Below are positions 17,552 through 23,607 of a stretch of 41,381 bases of DNA, in pieces. This DNA comes from a virus. Numbering within the stretch: position 1 is the first letter of the stretch; each line of letters starts with the position of its first letter. The stretch lies in IMG/VR virus record IMGVR_UViG_3300044855_000055, one strand, 5' to 3'. Position numbers and translations under genes: made by a program. Under the pieces are notes generated by a model. That model saw only the letters and a program-made list of their open reading frames with translations. It did no database searches and had not been told where the DNA came from.

Positions 17552-18078
17552 CCGACGTGTACCCACCATGACGGGGACGGTTCGTGCGTGACGCCACAGG
17601 GACCGTTGCAGCACTGGTTGACGGCCGTGCGAACCATGAACGGCTCTTTGTCGTAGTAGTCGTGGCCGGCGAGGATTCCGCCCACCTTGACTTTTGGTGC
17701 CCAAGCGGCGATGTCCCGCGTGCATCCGGCAAGCGAGTGGTCGCCGTCGAGGTACACGAAGTCGAGCGACCGATCGGGGAACGTGTTCGCGGCGGCGACC
17801 GAGTCCATTCGCAGGATCGAGCACCGATCCCGATGCTTCAGGGCCACTAGCAGGGCTTGCTGGTGCCGCTGTTCGTGCTCGTCGTCTGACCCGTTCATGA
17901 TGTCGTCGTAGCCGTCGATGTGGCACCAGCGGTCCACCATGACGTACTTGCCCGGCCACAGGTCGAGAAAGACCTTGGAGTAGTTCCCCTCGGCGACGCC
18001 GACTTCGACGGCTGTGCCGTTGAACCAGAGAGCCTGCAGGTACAAGGGGAACATGTTGCGATGCACAGGCTTGATCAT
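17548..18078 (-). CDS. Class I SAM-dependent methyltransferase (Methyltransf_24/TylF-like)
   Basis: Start at MIKPVH (18078) with an ATGA overlap to the RusA stop. Motifs: VEVGVAEGNYS and FVYLDGDHS......DI..W..KVKVGGILAGHDY. Confidence 0.6.
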   Translation of the reverse strand: MIKPVHRNMFPLYLQALWFNGTAVEVGVAEGNYSKVFLDLWPGKYVMVDRWCHIDGYDDIMNGSDDEHEQRHQQALLVALKHRDRCSILRMDSVAAANTFPDRSLDFVYLDGDHSLAGCTRDIAAWAPKVKVGGILAGHDYYDKEPFMVRTAVNQCCNGPCGVTHEPSPSWWVHVG

Positions 18079-18476
18079 GTGATGGTTACCACCGTTCTGC
18101 TGGTCGTGCCGTACATCTTCGAGACGACGAGCCGGCACACCTGAGCGTCGTCTCCGATGATTGGACCGAGTGAGTCAAGCGCGGACTTGGCGATGTTGTC
18201 GGCGTCGGCTCGCGGCCACTTGGGGGCGGTAGCCTTCACGCCCTTCTTGTTCATGTGCGACGGCGGCCGGGCGAACTCGGCGATGATCTCAACCTGCACG
18301 GCATGGTCCACCGCTCGCAGGCCAGCCGCTCTAGCAGCTGCGGCGACAGCCTGGCGGTAGGCATGGACCGGATGCTTCGCTGGCACGTAGGCGCGGGCGA
18401 ACCCGCCCCGAGTCGAGACTCTCGGCCTCGGCTGCGGGACGGGCTCGCCTAGCACCACGAACGACACCGGGTTCAT
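18075..18476 (-). CDS. RusA-family Holliday junction resolvase
   Basis: Pattern: GEPVPQPRPR ... P.....KPD.DN..K...D.L.G....DD.QV..L...K. Confidence 0.8.
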   Translation of the reverse strand: MNPVSFVVLGEPVPQPRPRVSTRGGFARAYVPAKHPVHAYRQAVAAAARAAGLRAVDHAVQVEIIAEFARPPSHMNKKGVKATAPKWPRADADNIAKSALDSLGPIIGDDAQVCRLVVSKMYGTTSRTVVTIT

Positions 18477-18622
18477 TCGCCCCTCGCTGCGATATACAGA
18501 CCGACGTTGGCGAAGGCATACCCGAGGTACGCCAGGCCCAGCCCCGGCTTGCCATGCCAGGCCAGATCCGCAGCGACCACGAGGTAGATGGCGCCCGTGA
18601 GGATGATTAGCGAGGGCGACAT
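18473..18622 (-). CDS. Small hydrophobic protein (49 aa), putative
   Basis: My own translation: MSPSLIILTGAIYLVVAADLAWHGKPGLGLAYLGYAFANVGLYIAARGE. Its stop overlaps the RusA ATG (ATGA). It is below the ORF-track size cutoff. Confidence 0.45.
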   Translation of the reverse strand: MSPSLIILTGAIYLVVAADLAWHGKPGLGLAYLGYAFANVGLYIAARGE

Positions 18623-18693
18623 GGCACGTCCTGCGGTGCGCCCGGTGTCCGCCGGGTCACTGGCAGAATGCCAGACGCGTCAAGAAAGCCGTC

Positions 18694-18797
18694 TTATACG
18701 GCCCCGCATAACGCCGGCTTTCCCCGTCACGCCGCAGGCTGGCGTCGATTCGGCGGCGCGTTATACGGCAGGGGGTGCGTTATACGGGGCCGTATAA
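18694..18797. promoter_or_regulatory. Cluster of TTATACGG half-sites (operator-like palindromes)
   Basis: Three sites: TTATACGG-CC-CCGCATAA (18694..18711), GCGTTATACGG (18758..18768) and the perfect-arm palindrome TTATACGG-GG-CCGTATAA (18780..18797). All lie in a 189-nt gap between ORFs. Confidence 0.45.
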
Positions 18798-18811
18798 ATG
18801 TGGTTCTGTGG

Positions 18812-19084
18812 CTATCCGACACGCCTCCAATCTCGGCACCACAACACCCACGAGCGGTCGCCGCAAACAGGCTCGCCGAGTCTCTTGGCAAGGATGCTTT
18901 CCTCACCAATAGCCGTGATGACGATCCGCTCAGGCCCGCGCCCTTCGTCGCCCTCAAGAATGGTGCCGACGCCCCATCCGTTGATCCTGCACCAGTCGGC
19001 AGCCGAGCAGTCGCGGGCCGTGATCTTGAGGTTCGCCACAGAACCAAGCATTGGAGCAGACATCTCATTATCCTCCTGCGTCAT
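18812..19084 (-). CDS. Small early protein S10, hypothetical
   Basis: 90-aa ORF that starts inside structured head element 19040..19124. Confidence 0.55.
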   Translation of the reverse strand: MTQEDNEMSAPMLGSVANLKITARDCSAADWCRINGWGVGTILEGDEGRGPERIVITAIGEESILAKRLGEPVCGDRSWVLWCRDWRRVG

Positions 19085-19124
19085 GGTGAATCCTTCGTTC
19101 GATGCTGCTCAATGCAGCCGTTCT
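19040..19124 (-). repeat. Structured cassette-head element, copy at S10
   Basis: Minus strand: AGAAC-N5-CAUU-GAGCAG-CAUC...loop with ATG...GAUG-U-CUGCUC-C-AAUG-N4-GUUCU. Confidence 0.6.
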
Positions 19125-19507
19125 CAGACCATTCGTTTCATCAGCCCGCGTGCCACAGCGACCGCCGCCATGTCATCGTCGGCGTGGCATCCGTTCTCCT
19201 TGCGGTCGATCTCGGAATACTCCGTCACGGCCTCGCACAGCCGTTCAATCGCCGTCCGCTCCTCGTCGGTGAGCGTGGGCGCTGTGCCGCCGCCATCCAC
19301 CCCGCGAGCCGTCGCATGGCCGGGCCGCAGCCCAAGGGCATCGCGGAGCGTGGCCCACATGGCGTCGGCCTTGTCTCTCGGCACATCGGCCGACACCCAG
19401 CGCCCGGCCTCGTAGAGCGCAAGGGCTGCGGCGCGAACCGCGTCCCCGTGAGAACCAGCGGATGCAAGAGACGGCTCGTTCGCGTCTCGCGTGTTGTCAG
19501 TGTCCAT
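19124..19507 (-). CDS. Small early protein S9 (C-terminal PTLTDxE..AI motif family)
   Basis: Start at MDTDNT (19507). It shares the motif APTLTDEERTAIERL...ARGL with S2 and S4. Confidence 0.55.
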   Translation of the reverse strand: MDTDNTRDANEPSLASAGSHGDAVRAAALALYEAGRWVSADVPRDKADAMWATLRDALGLRPGHATARGVDGGGTAPTLTDEERTAIERLCEAVTEYSEIDRKENGCHADDDMAAVAVARGLMKRMV

Positions 19508-19536
19508 GTCTCGCCGCTCCTGATCCTTCACGTTAG
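19451..19536 (-). repeat. Structured cassette-head element, copy at S9
   Basis: Helices GGAU/AUCC, CAGGAG/CUCUUG and CGGC/GCCG, with the conserved bulged U and C. Confidence 0.6.
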
Positions 19537-19847
19537 CCGACCCACTGGCCGGTTCTTGGGTCTTGAAATCCGTTGATCTCGTCTGGCAGCGGAGTGCTGC
19601 AAAGCATCTGCACAAGCGCTCGCCCCTTCGGCGTGACCTCAAAGCCGTGATCGCACTGGCCGCCCTTCACGATCAGACCATACTCCATGAACTCGCGCAG
19701 CGCATCGACAACCACCGGAGCGTCCCTGTTCGGGATTTCGTCGCAGTGACAGTGGCAGTGCAGTAGCACCGAAATGTATGCGGGAGACAGCCGCCACTTA
19801 CGGCTAACCACCGGATGCAGCGGACTCGCGTCAACGTCTGAAATCAT
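19533..19847 (-). CDS. Small early protein S8 (Cys/His-rich), hypothetical
   Basis: 104 aa containing LLHCHCHCDE. It starts inside head element 19802..19891. Confidence 0.55.
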   Translation of the reverse strand: MISDVDASPLHPVVSRKWRLSPAYISVLLHCHCHCDEIPNRDAPVVVDALREFMEYGLIVKGGQCDHGFEVTPKGRALVQMLCSTPLPDEINGFQDPRTGQWVG

Positions 19848-19891
19848 GTCGTCCTCCTGCGGCTGCGAGCCGCTGATCCTTGTCGTTAGCC
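19802..19891 (-). repeat. Structured cassette-head element, copy at S8
   Basis: Helices GGCUAAC/GUUAGCC (7 bp), GGAU/AUCC, CAGCGG/CCGCUG and CUCGC/GCGAG. Confidence 0.6.
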
Positions 19892-20368
19892 TGCTGCCCG
19901 TCGCAGTGCGGGCCGCTTCCGTTCATGCGACCCGCCGTAAACGGCCTTAACCCAATCGTAAGCCTCCTCGCAGTGTCCCGCTGGGGTCGGGCCGCTGATC
20001 GCCAGATACCACAGGAACCCATATCGGTCGTGCGGATCGCGGGTGAACTCTATTCGACCTGCAACCCCGTCAGATGCCGCGAACACCACAAGCCCCTCAG
20101 AGACAGCCACCCGATAGCGAATGCCTCGCAGGTTCACGGAAGCCGGGAGTTTGTCAATCGACTGACCATACCACCGCCAGTGCCACATCGGCCCGAATCC
20201 AGTGGCAGGCGTCATCCACGCCCCCATGCCGACGTTCACCCATACGTAACTCGTACCGAAGCAGCGGTGTGCCACAACAGCGAAGGGGTAGACGATTCTC
20301 CACCAGAACCTACGCAGGCTAACCACACGATGCAGCGGACCCGCGAGAGCGTCGGTTGGTTTATTCAT
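19886..20368 (-). CDS. Small early protein S7, hypothetical (Trp-rich)
   Basis: Start at MNKPTD (20368), with GAGGA 6 nt upstream. Confidence 0.55.
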   Translation of the reverse strand: MNKPTDALAGPLHRVVSLRRFWWRIVYPFAVVAHRCFGTSYVWVNVGMGAWMTPATGFGPMWHWRWYGQSIDKLPASVNLRGIRYRVAVSEGLVVFAASDGVAGRIEFTRDPHDRYGFLWYLAISGPTPAGHCEEAYDWVKAVYGGSHERKRPALRRAAG

Positions 20369-20408
20369 GGTCATTCCTCGCGGGCCGCTGATCGCAAGCG
20401 TTCTGTGG
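20319..20408 (-). repeat. Structured cassette-head element, copy at S7
   Basis: Helices CGAU/AUCG, CAGCGG/CCGCUG and CCCGCG/CGCGGG. Confidence 0.6.
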
Positions 20409-20684
20409 CTACTTGTCTTCCGTTGGCAGGGCTGGGAGCGGCACCCAGTGGGTGACTGCCACTTCATTCCCGCGATCAATCCAGCAATGGCGACTGTATA
20501 GCGTGGCCGTGTAGCCGACGAACCGTCGCCCGCCGGCTGTCAGCGCCGCAACGTGCTGCCCAATATCAGGCAGTCGCTCCGTCACTGGAATCCAACGGTC
20601 AAGGGTCGCTTGACTGTTCGCCACAGAACCAGCGGATGCAGGAGGCATCGCTGCCGAGTCCTGCGGTGTAGTTGAATCACTCAT
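20409..20684 (-). CDS. DUF551-like protein (S6)
   Basis: Contains WIPVTERLPD......THWVPLPALP, a DUF551 hallmark. Confidence 0.65.
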   Translation of the reverse strand: MSDSTTPQDSAAMPPASAGSVANSQATLDRWIPVTERLPDIGQHVAALTAGGRRFVGYTATLYSRHCWIDRGNEVAVTHWVPLPALPTEDK

Positions 20685-20715
20685 GCGATGCTCCTGATCC
20701 TTCACGTTCTCAGCC
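20622..20715 (-). repeat. Structured cassette-head element, copy at S6
   Basis: Helices GGAU/AUCC, CAGGAG/CUCCUG and CAUCGC/GCGAUG. It is nearly identical to the S2 copy. Confidence 0.6.
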
Positions 20716-21009
20716 GTCAAGGCAGAGGTTTGATATTCCGCTCGCGAAGTTTACTGGCTTTCCGCTCTCGTCGCGGATCACAAGATCGACGCGGTACAGA
20801 TACGAAGGGTCGTAGTCGCACTCAACTTGCTCAGCACGCACTACCTCCCAATCGAAAGAACCGAACCGCACTTTCTGGCCCACTGACGGGAGAATGGACG
20901 CCGGCACAACCGTTGCCCCAATGACGCGACGCCAGCCCGCAACCAACACGCGGTTGTTTGACCGCCGCAAAACCTCACCAGAGCAGTTCTCTACCAACTT
21001 CCAGGACAT
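20710..21009 (-). CDS. Small early protein S5, hypothetical (no head element; coupled to S4 by a TGATG overlap)
   Basis: 99-aa ORF. Its ATG shares one nt with the S4 stop. Confidence 0.55.
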   Translation of the reverse strand: MSWKLVENCSGEVLRRSNNRVLVAGWRRVIGATVVPASILPSVGQKVRFGSFDWEVVRAEQVECDYDPSYLYRVDLVIRDESGKPVNFASGISNLCLDG

Positions 21010-21305
21010 CAGAACAGTCTCTTCGCCAAGCCGCGCAACGCTTCGGCGTGTGCGGCGACCTCTGGAGTGTCTTCCTCATCCCACTCGTCGGCCTCTCTGG
21101 CAGCCCATGCAATCGCAAGTTGCTCCCCGTCGGTGAGCGTGGGCTGCGGCGTGCGGTAGAGCGACTGCACTGCCATGTCGCCCGCAGCAACCTTCTCTGC
21201 GTCAGGCTTGTGCAGAAAAAAGGCTGCGTGGTCAGTCCACTCCACCATCCACGCAACCGGCCGAGAACCAGCCGATGCAACAGACCGCTCATTTTCGTCG
21301 CTCAT
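21009..21305 (-). CDS. Small early protein S4 (PTLTDxE..AI motif family)
   Basis: Start at MSDENERS (21305). Motif: QPTLTDGEQLAIAW...ALRGL. Confidence 0.55.
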   Translation of the reverse strand: MSDENERSVASAGSRPVAWMVEWTDHAAFFLHKPDAEKVAAGDMAVQSLYRTPQPTLTDGEQLAIAWAAREADEWDEEDTPEVAAHAEALRGLAKRLF

Positions 21306-21353
21306 GTTGGCCGCCTCCTTTGTTCGCGGCTGTTGATCGTACACGTTCTGTGG
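21264..21353 (-). repeat. Structured cassette-head element, copy at S4
   Basis: Helices CGAU/AUCG, CAACAG/CUGUUG and CCGC/GCGG. Confidence 0.6.
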
Positions 21354-21638
21354 CTACTTGCGAGCCGTTGGCGGTGCCGGAAGCGGCATCCAGTGAGTGA
21401 TCTTCTTGCCGAAGTTCTCGTCCGCGTCTCGCCATTGCCCCCACAAGTCCAAATGGGCGAGGTGTAGGCCGTCGCTCTGGCTCCACACCAGCACCATCAA
21501 GTGCTTGGCCGGGCACCGCTCCGTCACCGGAATCCAGTCCGGCTCGGCTGCAATCCGAATGATGTCCGCGATCCCTTTCGCCAGCACTTCACCCACAGAA
21601 CCATCCGATGCAACAGACCGCTCATTCGTATCGCTCAT
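21354..21638 (-). CDS. DUF551-like protein (S3)
   Basis: Start at MSDTNERS (21638). Contains WIPVTERCP......THWMPLPAPP. Confidence 0.65.
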   Translation of the reverse strand: MSDTNERSVASDGSVGEVLAKGIADIIRIAAEPDWIPVTERCPAKHLMVLVWSQSDGLHLAHLDLWGQWRDADENFGKKITHWMPLPAPPTARK

Positions 21639-21687
21639 AGTCGCCGCCTCCTTTGTTCGCGGCTGTTGATCGTTCACGTTCTCAGCC
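21594..21687 (-). repeat. Structured cassette-head element, copy at S3
   Basis: The helices match the S4 copy, although the ORF body is different. Confidence 0.6.
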
Positions 21688-22020
21688 CGGCCGCTCCAGC
21701 AGCCCGCGTAGAACGTCCGCCGCACGGCTGGCCCCGTCGATTGTAGCGCGGTCGTTCGCCATGCCAGCCGTCGCATCGCAAACCAGGGCGCCGTATTCAA
21801 TCGCCGCCCGCTGCACGTCGGTGAGCGTGGGCGAGCGGCACAGCGGGGCGACGCCGTGATTGCCAGTCACCACTTCGTCAATCGCCTTGGCCTCCTCTTC
21901 GTTGCGATAGACATCGTAGACGCTGCCGTCGATCCGCAGCACCGCCCACGCCACCGGCTGAGAACCAGCGGATGCAAGAGACATCGCCTTGCCGTCCTGC
22001 GGTGTAGTCTCGTCAATCAT
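21682..22020 (-). CDS. Small early protein S2 (PTLTDxE..AI motif family)
   Basis: 112 aa with the motif SPTLTDVQRAAIEY...VLRGL. Confidence 0.55.
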   Translation of the reverse strand: MIDETTPQDGKAMSLASAGSQPVAWAVLRIDGSVYDVYRNEEEAKAIDEVVTGNHGVAPLCRSPTLTDVQRAAIEYGALVCDATAGMANDRATIDGASRAADVLRGLLERPG

Positions 22021-22049
22021 GCGATGCTCCTGATCCTGCGTGTTCTGTG
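21956..22049 (-). repeat. Structured cassette-head element, copy at S2
   Basis: Helices GGAU/AUCC, CAGGAG/CUCUUG and CAUCGC/GCGAUG. Confidence 0.6.
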
Positions 22050-22050
22050 A

Positions 22051-22344
22051 CTAAACCACTCGCCCGAGATGCTTCACGCGGGGCCAGTAGACCCCCTTCT
22101 TGTTTCCGACCTGAACCAGATACGACCGATGATCGCGAGACATCCCGTACCCTGCTGCCGAGTTGCACCCCAATCCCTCTGGCGGCACCGGCCTCTCGCC
22201 AGCCTCAACGACGGCAACGACCACGCCCACCTTCCGCTTGTAACTGCCGCCTGACACGCTGCCCCAATACACGCCGTCTCCGACCTGGAACTCCTCCACC
22301 ACAGAGCCACGCGATGGAATGGACTGCTCATTCTCGTCTGTCAT
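22051..22344 (-). CDS. Small early protein S1 (possible SH3/Tudor-like fold)
   Basis: 97 aa. The FQVGDGVYW...KVGVVVAV pattern recurs in 31432..31698. Confidence 0.5.
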   Translation of the reverse strand: MTDENEQSIPSRGSVVEEFQVGDGVYWGSVSGGSYKRKVGVVVAVVEAGERPVPPEGLGCNSAAGYGMSRDHRSYLVQVGNKKGVYWPRVKHLGRVV

Positions 22345-22390
22345 GTGTCATGCTCCTGTGTTCGCTGCCATTCATCGCAAGCGTTATGCG
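22299..22390 (-). repeat. Structured cassette-head element, copy at S1 (diverged)
   Basis: Helices CGAU/AUCG and GAAUGG/CCAUUC. The outer arm has degenerated. Confidence 0.5.
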
Positions 22391-22737
22391 AATGAAAAAT
22401 GCCGCTTACCAGATTGCGGCGACGGTGTTGAGCCCCGCCGGTTCGCCTTGCCCGCCCGGCTCGGAGGCTCAGCCATACGTCGCATCACCCACCGACAATA
22501 GGCAAGGAGTGGCGTCACCGGGAGATCATCCCGGCCTCGTACTCTCGGCGCGCTTTCCGGTTTCCTTAGTCGCGTCACTTGCCGTCGTCGCTCCATCAAA
22601 TGTCGTTCACGCATAACCACGCGTTCTCAGGGTGTCCCCAAACTCATGGCGCACACAGGGCGGTCGGCCAACGTCATTCCGCTCCTGCTATCGAATGCTC
22701 TCCGATTGCTCGGCATATTGACCATCGATTCAACACC

Positions 22738-22827
22738 CTGAGAACCAAGCGATGTAGCGGACCCGCGAGCCGCCGTCTGGTTGTAGTTTCGTCAGCGGTC
22801 GCGGGCCGCTGATCGCAGGCGTTCGGC
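22738..22827 (-). repeat. ORF-less copy of the structured head element
   Basis: Helices CGAU/AUCG, CAGCGG/CCGCUA and CCCGCG/CGCGGG plus GAAC/GUUC are retained. The loop has no RBS or ATG. It is homologous to 20319..20408. Confidence 0.55.
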
Positions 22828-22831
22828 GTCT

Positions 22832-22848
22832 TTCCCGCTCGGGACATT
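22832..22848. repeat. 17-nt direct repeat TTCCCGCTCGGGACATT (copy 1)
   Basis: Identical to 23137..23153. A third, partial copy GCCCGCTCGGGATCA lies at 23066..23080. Confidence 0.7.
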
Positions 22849-22872
22849 TCGGGAAAGCCGTTGGTTCCGACT

Positions 22873-22929
22873 GATTTTCCGCGATATCAGCATTTTCCGA
22901 CGCCGGAAATGCGCTTTCGGCGGAAAATC
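22873..22929. repeat. Nested inverted repeats in noncoding DNA
   Basis: Outer pair GATTTTCCG / CGGAAAATC (9 bp). Inner pair GCATTTTCCG / CGGAAATGC (one bulge). Confidence 0.6.
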
Positions 22930-22965
22930 GGTCGTTTCCATGACTACACCGAATGACACCCCCCA

Positions 22966-23062
22966 AGCCGTCTCTTGCATCCGCTGGTTCTGCGTCGGAG
23001 GGCAGCCTCGCCGCCTACCTGAAATGCTCCTCGCCGCTCCTGATCCTGTGCGTTCGCCAACT
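22966..23062. repeat. Rearranged head element: 3' arm inverted relative to 5' arm
   Basis: Plus-strand AGCCGTCTCTTGCATCCGCTGGTTCT (22966..22991) is the exact reverse complement of 19451..19476. A 5'-arm-like GGCGAACGCACAGGATCAGGAGCGGCGAG lies on the minus strand at about 23034..23062. Confidence 0.65.
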
Positions 23063-23136
23063 CATGCCCGCTCGGGATCATCGCCGCCAGTTTCGCCACT
23101 CCGCGCCGGCAGCGTCTCCCATTTTCGCGCCGGCTG

Positions 23137-23153
23137 TTCCCGCTCGGGACATT
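23137..23153. repeat. 17-nt direct repeat TTCCCGCTCGGGACATT (copy 2)
   Basis: Identical to 22832..22848. Confidence 0.7.
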
Positions 23154-23259
23154 ACAGGTTTTTCTGGCGTGTAACAGTTTTTCCCGAGAACGTCGCCTCC
23201 CAACTCATATTTGTAATCCCCCGCTTCCCGTCGGTTTTCCCATACGTTTGATAGGCGCA

Positions 23260-23311
23260 CCCCGGCGGGTTCGGCGGGCCGCTTTATCGGAGCGGTGCCT
23301 GCCCGCCGGGG
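23260..23311. other. GC-rich stem-loop (10-bp arms CCCCGGCGGG / CCCGCCGGGG with an inner CCGCT/AGCGG hairpin)
   Basis: It lies immediately downstream (minus sense) of the stop of 23323..23607. No U-tract follows, so terminator function is uncertain. Confidence 0.4.
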
Positions 23312-23322
23312 GCGCTGTTCGT

Positions 23323-23607
23323 TTACTCTGCGTACGGCCCCAGCTTCAGTAGCTCGATCCGCCGTTTCACGTAGGGGCTCAACTCCAACGTCTCAGCCCC
23401 GTCCTCGTCCTCAAGCTCCTCGGCAGTCGCCGATGTATGCCTCCAGCAGTATGGCCGCTCTGGCAAGGCGCGGTCACGCGCCAGCCGGCGGACGTGGCGG
23501 TCCGAGACGCCGAGGTCTCGCGCCACCTCCGACACGGTCAGGCTGTGGTCGTTCCACAAGCGAAACAGGGCCGGCACGTCGATGTCGAGTTTGGTCGCCA
23601 CGTTCAA
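23323..23607 (-). CDS. HTH DNA-binding protein (paralog of 17261..17551)
   Basis: 94 aa. The HTH-like segment LTVSEVARDLGVSDRHVRRLA is followed by an acidic EELEDEDG stretch. Confidence 0.6.
   Translation of the reverse strand: MNVATKLDIDVPALFRLWNDHSLTVSEVARDLGVSDRHVRRLARDRALPERPYCWRHTSATAEELEDEDGAETLELSPYVKRRIELLKLGPYAE

Noticed and set aside
17552-17959. N-terminal extension of ORF 17261..17959 (232 aa)
   Set aside because: The extension overlaps the methyltransferase gene in another frame and is Arg/Pro-rich. The ATGA-coupled start at 17551 gives a sensible HTH protein.
18661-18673. TGGCA-N3-TGCCA, considered as a sigma-54 promoter
   Set aside because: The GG-to-GC spacing is about 8 nt rather than the 12 nt of the -24/-12 consensus. 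It is kept only as a possible protein-binding palindrome.
22384-22620. 78-aa minus-strand ORF, and other 60-100-aa ORFs inside the 1-kb gap (22579..22812, 22730..22966, 22940..23251)
   Set aside because: They are Arg/Pro/Ser-rich, have no RBS, and partly consist of decayed head-element sequence. They are not credible genes.
18812-22827. Could the regularly spaced repeats be a CRISPR array?
   Set aside because: The repeat units are ~90 nt imperfect hairpins spaced 300-480 bp apart. They are embedded in ORF starts and their sequences are divergent. There are no short identical repeats with 30-40 nt spacers.
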